A stretch of DNA of 64,000 nucleotides from an uncultured Acidimicrobiales bacterium (GCA_963830865.1 CAWHNU010000011.1:605210-669209); one strand, 5' to 3'; shown: positions 37,545 to 48,314, numbered from the stretch's first letter. A program made the numbers and translations. The notes: generated by a model from the sequence alone, not told the origin.

Positions 37545-38356
37545 CCGCCGTCGTCCGCACCCCGGCGGACGCCGCCGCGCTGGGGACCGTCCTCGGCGTC
37601 TGGGCCCACCCCGACGACGAGACCTACCTCTCGTCGGGGCTCATGGCCCTGGCCCGCCGGGCCGGGCGGCGGGTCGTGTGCGTCACGATGACCCGGGGCG
37701 AGCACGGCACCGACGACCCCGTCCGCTGGCCGCCGCAGCGCCTGGCCCGCACCCGCGACCACGAGGCGCGGGCGGCCATGGCGATCCTGGGCGTCGACGA
37801 GCATCGCTGCGTCGGCCTCGAGGACGGCACGCTCGCCGACATCGACCGGGGCGCCGGCGTTCGCCTCGTCGCCGACCTCGTGGCCGACGTCCGCCCGGAC
37901 ACGATCGTGACCTTCGGTCCCGAGGGCATGACGGGCCACCCGGACCACCGGACGGTCGCCGCCTGGGTCGAGGCCGCCTGGCGGTCGATCCGCCCCGCAC
38001 GCCGGCCCCGGCTGCTGCGGGCGACGACCACCGAGCGCTTCGCCGAGCGCTTCGCCGACGTCCACGCCGAGCTCGGCGTCTTCGGCCCGGGGCTGCCGCT
38101 GCGCACGCCGGACGCCGACGTCGCCGTCTCGGTCCGCCTCGACGACGAGCTGGCCGACCTCAAGCTCGCCGCTCTCCGGGCCCAGGCGACCCAGACCGCA
38201 CCCGTGCTGGCCGCCATGGGCGAGGACCGCTACCGGGTCTGGTTCGCGGAGGAGACCTTCTCCGAGACCGCCAGCACGGGCCCCGGCGCCGTCCCCGGAT
38301 CAGGGCGCCAGGGCGTCGAGAGCGTCGAGGGCGTCGTAGCAACGCTGGGCGTCTAG
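37541..38356 (+). CDS. PIG-L/LmbE family N-acetylglucosaminyl deacetylase
   Basis: ATGA overlap with azlD. VLGVWAHPDDETYL, HEARAAMAILGV, GMTGHPDHRTV. Confidence 0.85.
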   Translation: MTAVVRTPADAAALGTVLGVWAHPDDETYLSSGLMALARRAGRRVVCVTMTRGEHGTDDPVRWPPQRLARTRDHEARAAMAILGVDEHRCVGLEDGTLADIDRGAGVRLVADLVADVRPDTIVTFGPEGMTGHPDHRTVAAWVEAAWRSIRPARRPRLLRATTTERFAERFADVHAELGVFGPGLPLRTPDADVAVSVRLDDELADLKLAALRAQATQTAPVLAAMGEDRYRVWFAEETFSETASTGPGAVPGSGRQGVESVEGVVATLGV

Positions 38357-40940
38357 CGGCTGGCCGGCCACGTCGAACAGCCCGGCGGCCTCGTCGAGGA
38401 GGCGCCGGGCGGCCGGCTCGTCGCCCTCGGCGCGGACCAGGTGGGCCCGGGCCTCGCGCACCGCCGCCTGCCACGCCGTGCCCTGCCACAGCGCCGCCGA
38501 CACCTCGGCCTCGGCGAGCCAGGCGCGGGCCTCGTCCAGGCGTCCGCCCTCGGCGTAGGCGATCGCTGCGGGAACGGCGATCATGACGTGGCACATGATG
38601 CACGTGGTGTGCTCGTCGGCGGCCTCGATCGACTCCTCGACGACCGCCATCGCCGCCTCCGTGTCGGGCGCGGCCGCCACGAGCGTGCCGTAGATGCGCT
38701 GGAGCAGGTGCGACGCCAGCGGCGTCCACCGGGCGATGAGCAGGGCCCGGCGCAGCAGGCGCCGCGCCTCGGCCGGGTCGCCCTCGATCAGCTCGAGCTC
38801 GGCCAGGCGCTGGAGGGCGTGGGACGTGCCCATGTCGGCCCCGAGCTCGGTGTGCATGGCGATCGAGTCGGTCAGGTCGCGCCGGGCGGCGTCGAGGTCG
38901 CCGGCGAGCAGCTCCGCCTCCCCCGTCACCGCGGTGGCGAACGCGGCCGCCGGCCGGGCCCCGAGCTGCTCGGCCTGGCGGCGCAGGTTCGTGACGAGGC
39001 GGATGACCTCGTCGTAGGGCGTCGGCCCGTAGAGCAGGTACTCGGCGACGCACAGGTGGGAGTCGAACACCGCGGTCGCCAGGGCCGGGCTCTCGCTGGT
39101 GGCCCGCAGCTCGCGGCCGAGGCGGTCGAACCACTCGCCGCGGTTGTGGGCGACGAGGCCCTGGAGGGTGATCCCGTCGAGCACCTTGACCGGGGCCCCG
39201 CCCGCGACCGCCAGCCCCCGGATGGCGTCTCCGGCCGCGCCGGCGGCGTCGAGGTCGCCGGAGAAGTAGGCGAGCATGCCCTGGGCGTGCAGCACGCCGG
39301 CGTCCTCTGGCCCGCCGTCGGGCGCCAGGCCGTCGAGGGCCTCACTCGCCGTCGCCACGTCGCCGGCGTACAGGGCGGCGCGGGCCAGGCGGGCGCGCAG
39401 CCCCCGGGCGGCCGCCGGCGACGCGAGGTCCAGGGCGGCGCGGTAGGCGATCACGGCGCCCGGGTCGCCGACGCAGAACAGCGCGTCGGCCCGCAGCGTG
39501 CGCAGCTCGGAGTCGTCCTCGTCGGTCACGTGGCCGCGGGCCACGTCGGTCCAGCGCAGGACCTCGCGGTGGAGCTGGACGCCGGCGGCCCGGCGGGCGG
39601 CGGCGAGCGCGTAGGGCGCGGCGTCGGGCAGGCAGCCGGCGGCGACGAAGCGCTCGGCCACGCGTGCCGGGTCGGCGCCGAGGTCGGCCAGCCCCCGTGC
39701 GATCGCCTCGAGGGCCTGCGCCCGGCGGGGCGCCGACAGCCCGGCGACCAGGGCGTCGACCGTGCCGGCGGTGGCGAAGCGGTAGCCGTCGGCGTCGGGC
39801 GCGACGGTGCAGGACCGCAGCACGGCCTCGACCAGCCGGTGCGCGCTCGGCCTCGTCGAGCCCGGTGGCGGCCCGGACGTCGACGTCGTCGAAGCGGTCT
39901 CCGGCGAGGGCGACGAGGCGCAGCGCGTCGATCATGTCGGTCGGCAGGTCGGGCACGGTCGCCGGTCGTTCGCCGTCGGTGCCGGCGGACGGGTCCGGAC
40001 CAGTGGCGTCTGCGCCGAGGTCGACGACGTCGAACCAGTCGGCGACGGTCCGCGACCAGGCGTCGGGCCCGCCGTGCGGGCGACCGGCGATGACCACGCT
40101 GATGCGGTGGCTGCGGGTCAGGCGGGCGACGTCGTCGATGAGGGCCAGCGCCTCGGGCGGCGCGTGCTCGACGTGATCGACGAGCAGCACGACCCCGGTT
40201 CGCTCCGCCGCGATCATGAGCAGCTCGCGGACCGCCACGAGCCAGCGCTGGCGGGTGCTCGGCCCCTGCCCGTCGAACACCCGGTCGAGCTCGGTCCGGC
40301 ACCGCTCGGGCACCTCGTCGAGGAGGGAGGGCCGCCGCTGCGTCATCTCGTCGAGCGCGTCGGCGACGCACGCGAAGGGGTCGCTGGCGGTGATCGACGG
40401 AGCCGACATGCCGACCGCCAGGCCCCGCCGCCGGCCGTCGTCGGCCAGGCGGTGCAGCAGGTCGGTGCGGTCGGCCCGGGACGAGCCCTCGATGCGCACG
40501 GCCACGCCGCGCCCGTCGGCCAGCGCGTCGAGCACCTCGGCGACCCGGGTGGATGCGCCGGCGGCCCCGGGTGGCGCCGCAGCTCTGGACGCGGCGGGGG
40601 CGGCCGCGGCCGCCGCCGGGGGGTCCGCGGACTCGCTGACGTCGGCGACGAACCGGTAGCCCCGGCCGTGGATCGTCCGGATGACGCGCTGGTCGCGCCC
40701 GGTGTCGCCGACCGCTCGCCGGGCCGACTTGATGCGGCTGGTGAGCGCCGACTCGGACACGAACCGGTTGCCCCAGACCTCGTCGAGCAGCTCGGTCTTG
40801 GGCACGACGCGGTCGCGGTGGACGAGCAGGTACGCGAGAACGTCGAAGACCTGGGGCTCGACGGGGACCGCCTGACCGTCCCGCCGAAGCTCCAGCCGCT
40901 CGAAGCTGAGCTCACATGTCCCGAACCGCACCGCCGACAT
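38300..40940 (-). CDS. OmpR-type winged-helix + AAA ATPase + TPR regulator, one frameshift near 39840
   Basis: RDGQAVPVEPQVFDVLAYLLVHRDRVVPKTELLDEVWG...IRTIHGRGYRF. ...GLDEAERA then continues as HRLVEAVLRSCTVAPDADGYRFA in the next frame. TPR-like tail. Confidence 0.8.
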
Positions 40941-41001
40941 GGTGGCACAGGGGTCCCCGCCGGGACCCCTGTGCCGCGGTTCCGCCGTCGTCACGCCGCC
41001 G

Positions 41002-41394
41002 TCACGCCGGCGGCGCGAACAGCTCCAGCGCGACGTTGTCCGGGTCCCGGAACGACAGGCCCGAGCCGTAGTGGGCGTCCACGATGTCGCTGTGGGCCAC
41101 GCCCATCTCGTCGAGCCGGTCGGCCCACGACTCCAGCTCGGCCCGGTCGGGCACGCCGAACGCGATGTGGTCGAGGCCCACGTTGCGCTCGTCGAACCGC
41201 CCGACCGCGCCGGGAGAGGGGTGCTGGTGCAGGCCGAACAGCATGTCGCCGAGGGCGAAGACGGTGTGGTGGAACGGGCCGGTGTCCTCGTCGAGGACCG
41301 GGTCGCTACCCAGCAGTGCCTTGTACCACGGGACGCTGACCCGAAGGTCGCTCACCGTCACGGCCACGTGCGTCATGGTCGGGAAGTCCGCCAT
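41002..41394 (-). CDS. VOC (glyoxalase) family protein
   Basis: MTHVAVTVSDLRVSVPWYKALLG...GLDHIAFGV...GLSFRDPDNVALELF. Confidence 0.85.
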   Translation of the reverse strand: MADFPTMTHVAVTVSDLRVSVPWYKALLGSDPVLDEDTGPFHHTVFALGDMLFGLHQHPSPGAVGRFDERNVGLDHIAFGVPDRAELESWADRLDEMGVAHSDIVDAHYGSGLSFRDPDNVALELFAPPA

Positions 41395-41830
41395 CTGTAC
41401 TCCTGTGTGTGTTGTTGGGTGTGTCCGCTGTGGGGGGCAGCGGCTCCGACCAGGTGACGGCCTTGCCGTCGAGGACGATGCGCCCGTCCTGATCGGTGAT
41501 CGTGGTCCGGAGGGTGGTCACCGGCTTGTCGTCGCGCAGGCCGATGACCTCGACCTCCGCGGTGATCTCGTCGCCGGGCTTCACGGGGGCCAGGAAGCGC
41601 CAGTCGGTGTGAAGGAACACCGTGCCGGGGCCGGGGAGCTCCTCGGCGACGACGGCGTTGAGCAGGCCGGAGGTTACACCGCCCTGGACGATGATGCCGC
41701 CGAACCGGGACGCGGCCGCGACCTCCTCGTCGTAGTGCAGCGGGTTCCGGTCCCCCGTGAGCTCGGTGAACAGTTCGATGTCCCGCATCGTGACGATGCG
41801 GGTCCGGCGGGCGATGTCGCCGACGCGCAT
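41306..41830 (-). CDS. MaoC-like (R)-hydratase/dehydratase; 3' end overlaps the VOC gene by 89 nt
   Basis: CAGGAGGA lies before ATG 41830. FTELTGDRNPLHYDEEVAAASRFGGIIVQGGVTSGL. The tail after about residue 145 looks non-native. Confidence 0.75.
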   Translation of the reverse strand: MRVGDIARRTRIVTMRDIELFTELTGDRNPLHYDEEVAAASRFGGIIVQGGVTSGLLNAVVAEELPGPGTVFLHTDWRFLAPVKPGDEITAEVEVIGLRDDKPVTTLRTTITDQDGRIVLDGKAVTWSEPLPPTADTPNNTHRSTDGGLPDHDARGRDGERPSGQRPVVQGTAG

Positions 41831-42014
41831 GGGTCCTCCTGGGTCGCACGGCTGGGCACGGGGCCAGCATCCACGCCCGCGGGGTCCGGGTCTTGGAGAC
41901 GGGGTGGAGATGCGGTGGAGGCGACCGCGGCGGGCGCCGGGCGGGCATCGCCGCTGGCCCCGACGTACGGTTCCCGCAGCTAGTACCAACGGCAGACACC
42001 TGGGAGGGGACGAC

Positions 42015-42401
42015 ATGCCACATGTGTTCTTGTCCGACGACTGGTTCGATGCGGTCGATGGGCTCCGCGACGAGATGCCCGAGCCGCCCGCCGCCGCCAA
42101 GGACCTGACGATCAACATCGTCGTCGCCGGGGGCCCCGAGGGGGACCGCGAGATCCACATGACCGGCGGCCGGTTCGAACGGGGTCTCGCCGCCGACGCC
42201 CCGACCAAGCTCACGGTCCCCTTCGACGTGGCTCGCTCGATGTTCATCGAGGGCAACCAGCAGGCCGGCATGCAGGCGTTCATGTCGGGCCAGATCAAGG
42301 TCGAGGGCGACATGTCCAAGCTCATGGCGATGCAGGCCGGCGGGGGACCGACACCCGAGCAGATCGCCATCCAGGAGAAGCTGAAGGCGCTCACGTCCTG
42401 A
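42015..42401 (+). CDS. SCP2 sterol-binding domain protein
   Basis: MPHVFLSDDWFDAV...QQAGMQAFMSGQIKVEGDMSKLMAMQ. Confidence 0.85.
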   Translation: MPHVFLSDDWFDAVDGLRDEMPEPPAAAKDLTINIVVAGGPEGDREIHMTGGRFERGLAADAPTKLTVPFDVARSMFIEGNQQAGMQAFMSGQIKVEGDMSKLMAMQAGGGPTPEQIAIQEKLKALTS

Positions 42402-42469
42402 GCGCCGCTGTTCTGGCGCGCGCTGCGGGGCCGCGGACCGCGGCCCCGCAGAAAGAACGCGCTCGCGGG

Positions 42470-42754
42470 CTACGCCGTGCGACCCGTCCGGCGGCCCAGC
42501 GCCCAGTTCGCCGCCAGCAGCACCAGGACCGATCCGATGACGGCGCCGACGATGCCGCCGAGGTCGAAGGCGTCCGTGTCGCCGATGCCGAGCAGGCCGG
42601 CGAAAATCAGCCAGCCGACGAACGCGCCGACGACGCCGAGGACGATCGAGACGAGCCACGATTTGACGCCCTCGAGATGCTCGAAGGCGTCGCCCGGGAT
42701 CAGCAGGCGGGCGACTGCGCCCGCCACGATGCCGAGGATGAGGGCACTGATCAT
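42470..42754 (-). CDS. GlsB/YeaQ/YmgE family stress-response membrane protein
   Basis: AAGGGAGG lies before ATG 42754. MISALILGIVAGAVARLLIPG...GIVGAVIGSVLVLL. Confidence 0.85.
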   Translation of the reverse strand: MISALILGIVAGAVARLLIPGDAFEHLEGVKSWLVSIVLGVVGAFVGWLIFAGLLGIGDTDAFDLGGIVGAVIGSVLVLLAANWALGRRTGRTA

Positions 42755-43011
42755 GAGTGCCTCCCTTAGCTCAGTTGGGTTGAGACACCCGGTCTGACCG
42801 CCGGCGCCGGCGGTGGTTACCGCGCGTTCGCGTGTCGGTGTGTGGCGAACCCGCTCTGGACCCGCGTGGCGCGTGCGCGGTGCGCAAGGGGGCCGGTCCA
42901 CCCGGGGGAGGGGCGGGCAGGGGTCGGCGCAACCGGGGCCATCACCGGGGCGAACCGGTCGGTACTCTCCTCTCCCGTGCCGCAGCCTCTGCGCAACCGC
43001 ACGCGTGGTCG

Positions 43012-46000
43012 GTGTCCCTCGTCGGCCGGACCGGGCAGCGTGCGGCGCTGCGGCAGTGGGTCGGCGACGCCTGCGCCGGGGAGCTCCGGGTCGTCGACAT
43101 CTCGGGGCCGACCGGCATCGGCAAGTCCCGGCTGCTCGAGTGGGCGGCGGAGGAGATGCGCCGGCGGCGCGGGCTCGTGTGCGTCGGCCGCTGCGTGCCC
43201 GGGCTGTCGCACCCGTTGGGCCCGATCGTCGACGCGCTCGGCGCCCTCGGCGCCCGGCTGCCCGTGCCGGCGGGGCCCGCGCCGGGCGACCTGCTGCTGC
43301 CCGCGTCGGCGATCGACCAGCCCGGGCTCGGCGTCATCCGGTCGCTCGCCGACCTGCTGCTGCAGCAGGCGGCCACCCGTCCGGTGCTGCTCGCACTGGA
43401 GGACCTGCAGTGGGCGCAGGCCGGGACGCTGCACGGGTTCGAGCAGCTCGTCTACATGCTGGCGGCCGGGGGTGGGCACGGCCGGATCATGGTGGTCATG
43501 ACGCACCGCCACGTCGAAGGCGACGACGGGGCGGCGGGCACTGTGGCGCGGCTGGTGCACGAGCCCGCGTTCCGGGACCTTCCGCTCGACCCGCTGTCCG
43601 AGGTCGAGGTGTACGAGCTGCTGCGCCGCCTGGCGCCGGACGCGTCCGATCCCCGGCTGGCGCGCGACGTCTACGACACCTCGCACGGCAATCCGCTCGT
43701 GGCGATCGTCGCCACCGACGAGGCGACCGCCACCGGCCGACGGCTCGACCGGCTCGGCCGCCGGCCGTCCGCCGAGTCGCCGGACGACGTGATCGCCCGG
43801 CGGTTCGCACGGCTCTCGACCGCCGCGGTCGGCGTCGCCCAGGCCCTGGCCGTCGGCGGGGGCGGACTGGCGCTCCGCGACCTCGTCGTGGTCGCCGAGC
43901 TGGCCGACGAGGACGTCCTCGCCGGGCTGGACGAGCTCGAGCGGGCCGGACTCGTCCACGTCGGCGGCACCCGGGCGGAGCTGGCCTATTCCGAGATCGT
44001 CGAGATGGCGCTCGGGGCTGCGAGCTCGCGCACCCGCTGGTCTCTGCACGGCCGGATGGCCGAGCTCGTCGCCATGCGGCCGGGCGACGACACCGACCTC
44101 GTCGAGCTGAGCCACCACCTCGAGCGGGCCGGACCGGCGCACACGCACCAGCTCGACGGCGTCGCCGCGGCCGCTGCGGACCAGGCGTTCGCCGCCGGGG
44201 CGTGGGGCCGTGGCGGCGCACCTCTACGAGATCGCGCTGGCGGCGGCGCCGGCGCCAGGGGAGGCGCCACCGGACGCCCGGGCGCTGGCGGCGCTGGAGG
44301 AGAAGGCCGGCATCGCCTGCTTCCGGGACTTCGACGGCGCCGGCTGCGCCGCGGCACCTGCGCCGGGCGGCGGACCTGGCCGGCGCCGCGGGCGACGCGG
44401 CCACCGCCGCCCGTGCCGACGCTCTGGCTGGTCCGCCGCAGCTTCACCGCCGGCACGGAGGCGATCGGGCGGTCCGTCGACGTCGGCCCGGTCGAGGCCC
44501 TACTCGTCCCGGGCGAGCCCGGCCGAGATCCGGGCGCAGGCCCACGGGTTGCTGGCGGAGGTGGCGTTCCAGGCCAACGACCTGCCCCGGGCGCACGACC
44601 ACGCCGCCGAGGCATCGGCGCTGGCGGGGCTGGTCGGCGAGGACTTCGTGCTGTTCACCGTGGCGTTCGCCCGGGGCCTCACCCAGCTCGGCCTCCTGGA
44701 GGCCGAGGCGGCGGCGGCGAGCTTCGGCGAGGCGGACGCGCTGTGTCCGGCGCAGGGGCCGGACGTTCCAGGCCGCCGCTGGCGCCACCCGGTTGGCGGC
44801 GGCCGAGCTGGTGCGAGGCGACCTCGCCGCGGCGGAGGAGGCGGCGTCCTCCGGCGGCGACGATGCGCAGCGGGTCGGCGAACTGGGCCGACCACGCCCT
44901 CGCCCACACGATGTCCACGGTCGTGTCGGGGGTGACCGGCCGTTTCGACGATCAGGAGGATCACGCGGAGCTGTCCCGCATCAGCTGCGGGCGGTCGGGG
45001 ACCACGTTCCCGCCGCTAGTGCTGCACCCGGCCATCGCCTGGGGCCGGGCCGCTCGGGGTGACGTCGACGGCGCCCACGCGGCGCTGGCCGAGCTCGACG
45101 CCGCCGGCGGCCGGGCGGCGCGCTACGCCGCGGCGGTCGACGTCATGGCGGACGTACCGGGAGGTGCGAGGTCGACCTCGACCGGTCACGAGTGGCGGGC
45201 CCATCCCGAGGAGCTGACCGCCTACGACGCGGGCGCGGACGCGGCCCAGCTCGAGCTGGCCATCCACGCCGGCGACGCGCGACCAGGTCGCCGCCGGCCT
45301 CCGACTGTTCGAGCGGCTGCACCGGCGGGGCATCCGCGTCGTGCTGGAGTGGCCGGTCCTCGTGTCCCGGCTGGTCGCCGAGGCCCACGCCTGCCTCGAC
45401 CATGCGACCGAGGCCGGCGAGTGGGTTGCGCCTGGCCAGCGCGGAGGCGGACGCGGCCGGCGCCCGGCCCGAGTCGGCACGCGTCGACCTGGTCGAGGCG
45501 GGCAGGCCTGCTGCTCGCCGCAGGGGCACGACGAGCCCGTCCGGGCCGGCGTCGAGCTGATCGACCGGGCGACGGCGGCCTTCGACGCCCTGGGCATGCT
45601 GCCGTTCGCCCGGCGGGCCCAGCGGCTGTTCGATCGGCCGCCGGTGATCGACGCCGTCCGGGCGGCGGCTCCGGCCCCGGACGGTGCTGTTCACAGACAT
45701 CGTCGACTCGACCGCCTGGAACGTGCGGCTCGGCGACGACCACTGGATGGTGCTGCTCGCCGAGCACAACCGGCTGGCGCGCTCCGAGGTCCGGCGGTGG
45801 CGGGGCGCCGTCGTGAAGACGACCGGCGACGGCATCTGCGCCTGGTTCGGGGACCCGACCGACGCGGTCGACTGCGCCGAGTCGCTCCAACGCTCGTTCG
45901 ACGAGTTCACCCAGACCCACCCGGACACGCCGATCGCGCTGCGCTGCGGCCTGGCGGTGGGCGATGTGTACGACTTCGACGGCGACCTGGCGGGACTGGC

Positions 46001-46195
46001 GGTGACCGAGGCGGCCCGGATCTGCGCCGTGGCCACCGGCGGCCAGGTCGTCACCTCCGCGGCGGTGACGGACGTCGACCGCCGGGCCGAGCGCACCTAC
46101 CACGAGCTCGGGCGCCACGTGCTGAAGGGCATCCCGGACGCGCAGCCCCTATTCGGGTCATCGTCGGACCGGACGAGACCACCGGGGTGGCATGA
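43012..46195 (+). pseudogene. AAA ATPase + TPR + class III adenylate/guanylate cyclase gene, at least 10 frameshifts in 44.2-46.2 kb
   Basis: Intact over 43012-44205 (Walker A GPTGIGKSRLL, LLALEDLQWAQ). After that the recognisable protein text hops between all three frames. Cyclase domain VLFTDIVDSTAW...TTGDGICAWFG at 45684-46155. Confidence 0.75.
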
Positions 46196-46238
46196 CGTCC
46201 ACCGGCATGAGGAGGCGGACAGGAGGGAGAGGGGGCCG

Positions 46239-47441
46239 ATGGGATTCATGCCGTACCCCTGGGAGAAGGGTTTCTTCCCCACGGCCGTAGAGCACTGGTT
46301 CAACGAGGACCTCGCTGAGTGCAGACCTCAACGACACGCTGCAGCAGATCCTCGCGGGAAGGGTCCCGAGCGGCGGCTGCGGGCGATCTGGCGCTACGCC
46401 GACGTCTGCCGCAGGCTGCGCCTCGGCGAGGCCGGGAACCCGGGCCCAGATCCGGACGGTGACCGCCGAGAACTCGATCATCGAGTCGGCCCTGTTCGCC
46501 GACGGCAAGGTCACGGCCAACCCGGCGTGGCTTCGGCAGAAGGTGTGCCGAAGACTGGTTCGGCAGAGATGCAGAAGATCGGCAACACGTGGTACCGCCA
46601 GGACCCGGGCACGTGGGCGCCCGAAGTCGCTCGGGCACTGGAACGGCTACTTCGGCAACGTCGAGCTGATCGTCTGCGAGACGCTCCAACGGATGCTGGA
46701 GCTGTCGCTCGGGGTCGAGCACCTCGTGCTCGCCACACACCGACGCGGCGACGAGATCCACGACATCGAGGAACGTCTCCGGGACCACGCCACCGGGTCT
46801 GGCCGGTCTACATGTTCCTGAGCTGTCCCAACCCGTGGTTCGAGGGATGGGTGACGTGGCAGTGCCACGCCACCAACTCGCCCCTGCGGGGGCAGGTCAC
46901 GGTGACGCTCTCGACGCCCGGCCACGCCCGGGCCGTCACGCCGTCCCCGATCGACGTCGAGAAGGACAAAGACACGCTGACGATCCCGGGCAAGGCCACG
47001 GCGCCCAACCCGTACTACCTGCACGGACGCGAGCCGGACGCCCAACCGCGGCTACAGGGGCGACTACATCACGATCACGAACGCCTTGGCGTTGAGCGCC
47101 GCCGGTGACGTGGTGCCACGACCTTCAGTCGCAAGCGGGACGCACCGACTGGCGACGGCGTCGTCAAGGGCGAGGCGCGCCCCACTATCACCAGGGCATG
47201 TGGCTGGTCACCCACGCCAACCACGACAGCACGATCGTGTGGAACAACTTCCCGGAGCCGACGTCGCCGACCTGGAACCAGCCGGATGTCGAGTCGTGGG
47301 ACCTTCCGCCCTTCGCGGTGCACCGGTGCGCCGCTCAGGGAGCGCCGGGACCTGGGTGGGAATTCCGACCCGGCGACGCTGACCGGCCTGTACGACGTGG
47401 TCGTCGTGCAGCCGGCCTCGCGCGACGGCGGCGTGTGGTGA
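46239..47441 (+). pseudogene. unknown ~400-aa gene broken by about 10 frameshifts
   Basis: GGAGGGA plus ATG 46239 gives MGFMPYPWEKGFFPTAVEHWFNEDLAE. Protein-like segments then alternate between frames, for example HWNGYFGNVELIVCETLQRMLELSLGVEHLVLATH, VYMFLSCPNPWFEGWVTWQCHATNSPLRGQVTVTL, and MWLVTHANHDSTIVWNNFPEPTSPTW. Confidence 0.45.
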
Positions 47442-47461
47442 GTCGAGAGGAAGGAAGCGAC

Positions 47462-48022
47462 ATGGCGAGCAAGCAAGGGTCCGGTCAGGGCGACGGCGAC
47501 ACGGCGGAGCGGATCGCCGAGGTCAAGGGCGACGTCGAGCGCCTCTTCGGGAGGTACATCACGGCCGACCCGGAGGTCGGGGGCGAGGGCTTCGAGCTGG
47601 AAGCAGGGTTCGGGGACGGCGGATCCGTCACCGGATCCGCGGCGACGGGCCAGTTCACTTTCGTCCGGTGGCGGTGGCGGGGCCAGCACACCGGGAAGGT
47701 CGGCCGGTTCGACGGCGAGACGTTCGACAAGCGCAACCCGGACTTCTTGATGGCCCAGGGCACGGGCAACGCGGTCACCGTCGAGGGGCTCACCATCCTG
47801 GAGGAGCGGCCCGACGGCATCTACCCCCGCCGCTTCGTCGACTGGCTGAGCGTCTACTCGCAGCTGGGCATCGTCGCACCGGCCCGTCCGATCGGCCGGG
47901 CCAGCACGGAGCTGCGCGACCCTGCCAGACCCCAGCACCCTCAAGCCTCCCGTCGACCCCCGGGACGGACTGGACGACGGGAGGCCACCGGCCAAGACAG
48001 CGTCGTAAGCGTGACGACCTGA
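47462..48022 (+). CDS. SnoaL-like/NTF2-fold (ester cyclase-like) protein
   Basis: GAGGAAGGAAG lies before ATG 47462. FTFVRWRWRGQHTGKVGRFDGETFD...NAVTVEGLTILEERPDGIYPRRFVDWLSVYSQLG. The C-terminal ~45 aa are of poor quality. Confidence 0.6.
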   Translation: MASKQGSGQGDGDTAERIAEVKGDVERLFGRYITADPEVGGEGFELEAGFGDGGSVTGSAATGQFTFVRWRWRGQHTGKVGRFDGETFDKRNPDFLMAQGTGNAVTVEGLTILEERPDGIYPRRFVDWLSVYSQLGIVAPARPIGRASTELRDPARPQHPQASRRPPGRTGRREATGQDSVVSVTT

Positions 48023-48111
48023 CTCCGGGTCACCCAGTCCCGCCGCGTCGCCAGGTCACGCCCCGGCTGTGCCGCGGTCGGCGCCGCCGTCGGCGGGCGG
48101 CCCGCAGCCGG

Positions 48112-48169
48112 GGAACTGGCAGCGGATTCGTACCGCCGGGGCATTGAGCGCTGCCAGAACCGGTGCGCC
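48112..48169 (+). repeat. intact REP-like hairpin unit (empty IS target copy)
   Basis: GGAACTGGCAGCG...CGCTGCCAGAACC arms (9 bp + 2 bp). A second unit is split into 48182-48215 and 49726-49749 by the IS. Confidence 0.75.
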
Positions 48170-48314
48170 GCGGTGCGGCCCGGAACTGACAGCGGATTCA
48201 TACCGCCAGGGCACTGATGCGATGAAGGAGCGGGGCCTCCGCTCCCCGTGAGAACCCAGGTCGGGGAGACTTGGGGCTTCTCACAGCATGTTCCTCACGA
48301 CGAGGGAGGCCCCT

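Noticed and set aside
42759-42830. A tRNA-like segment (GCCTCCCTTAGCTCAGTTGGGTTGAGACACC resembles an acceptor plus D-arm).
   Set aside because: The D-stem is imperfect. No anticodon stem, T-arm (GGTTCGAATCC-type) or matching 3' acceptor strand follows. The first bases are simply the reverse complement of the SD of the GlsB-family gene. It is at best a degenerate fragment.
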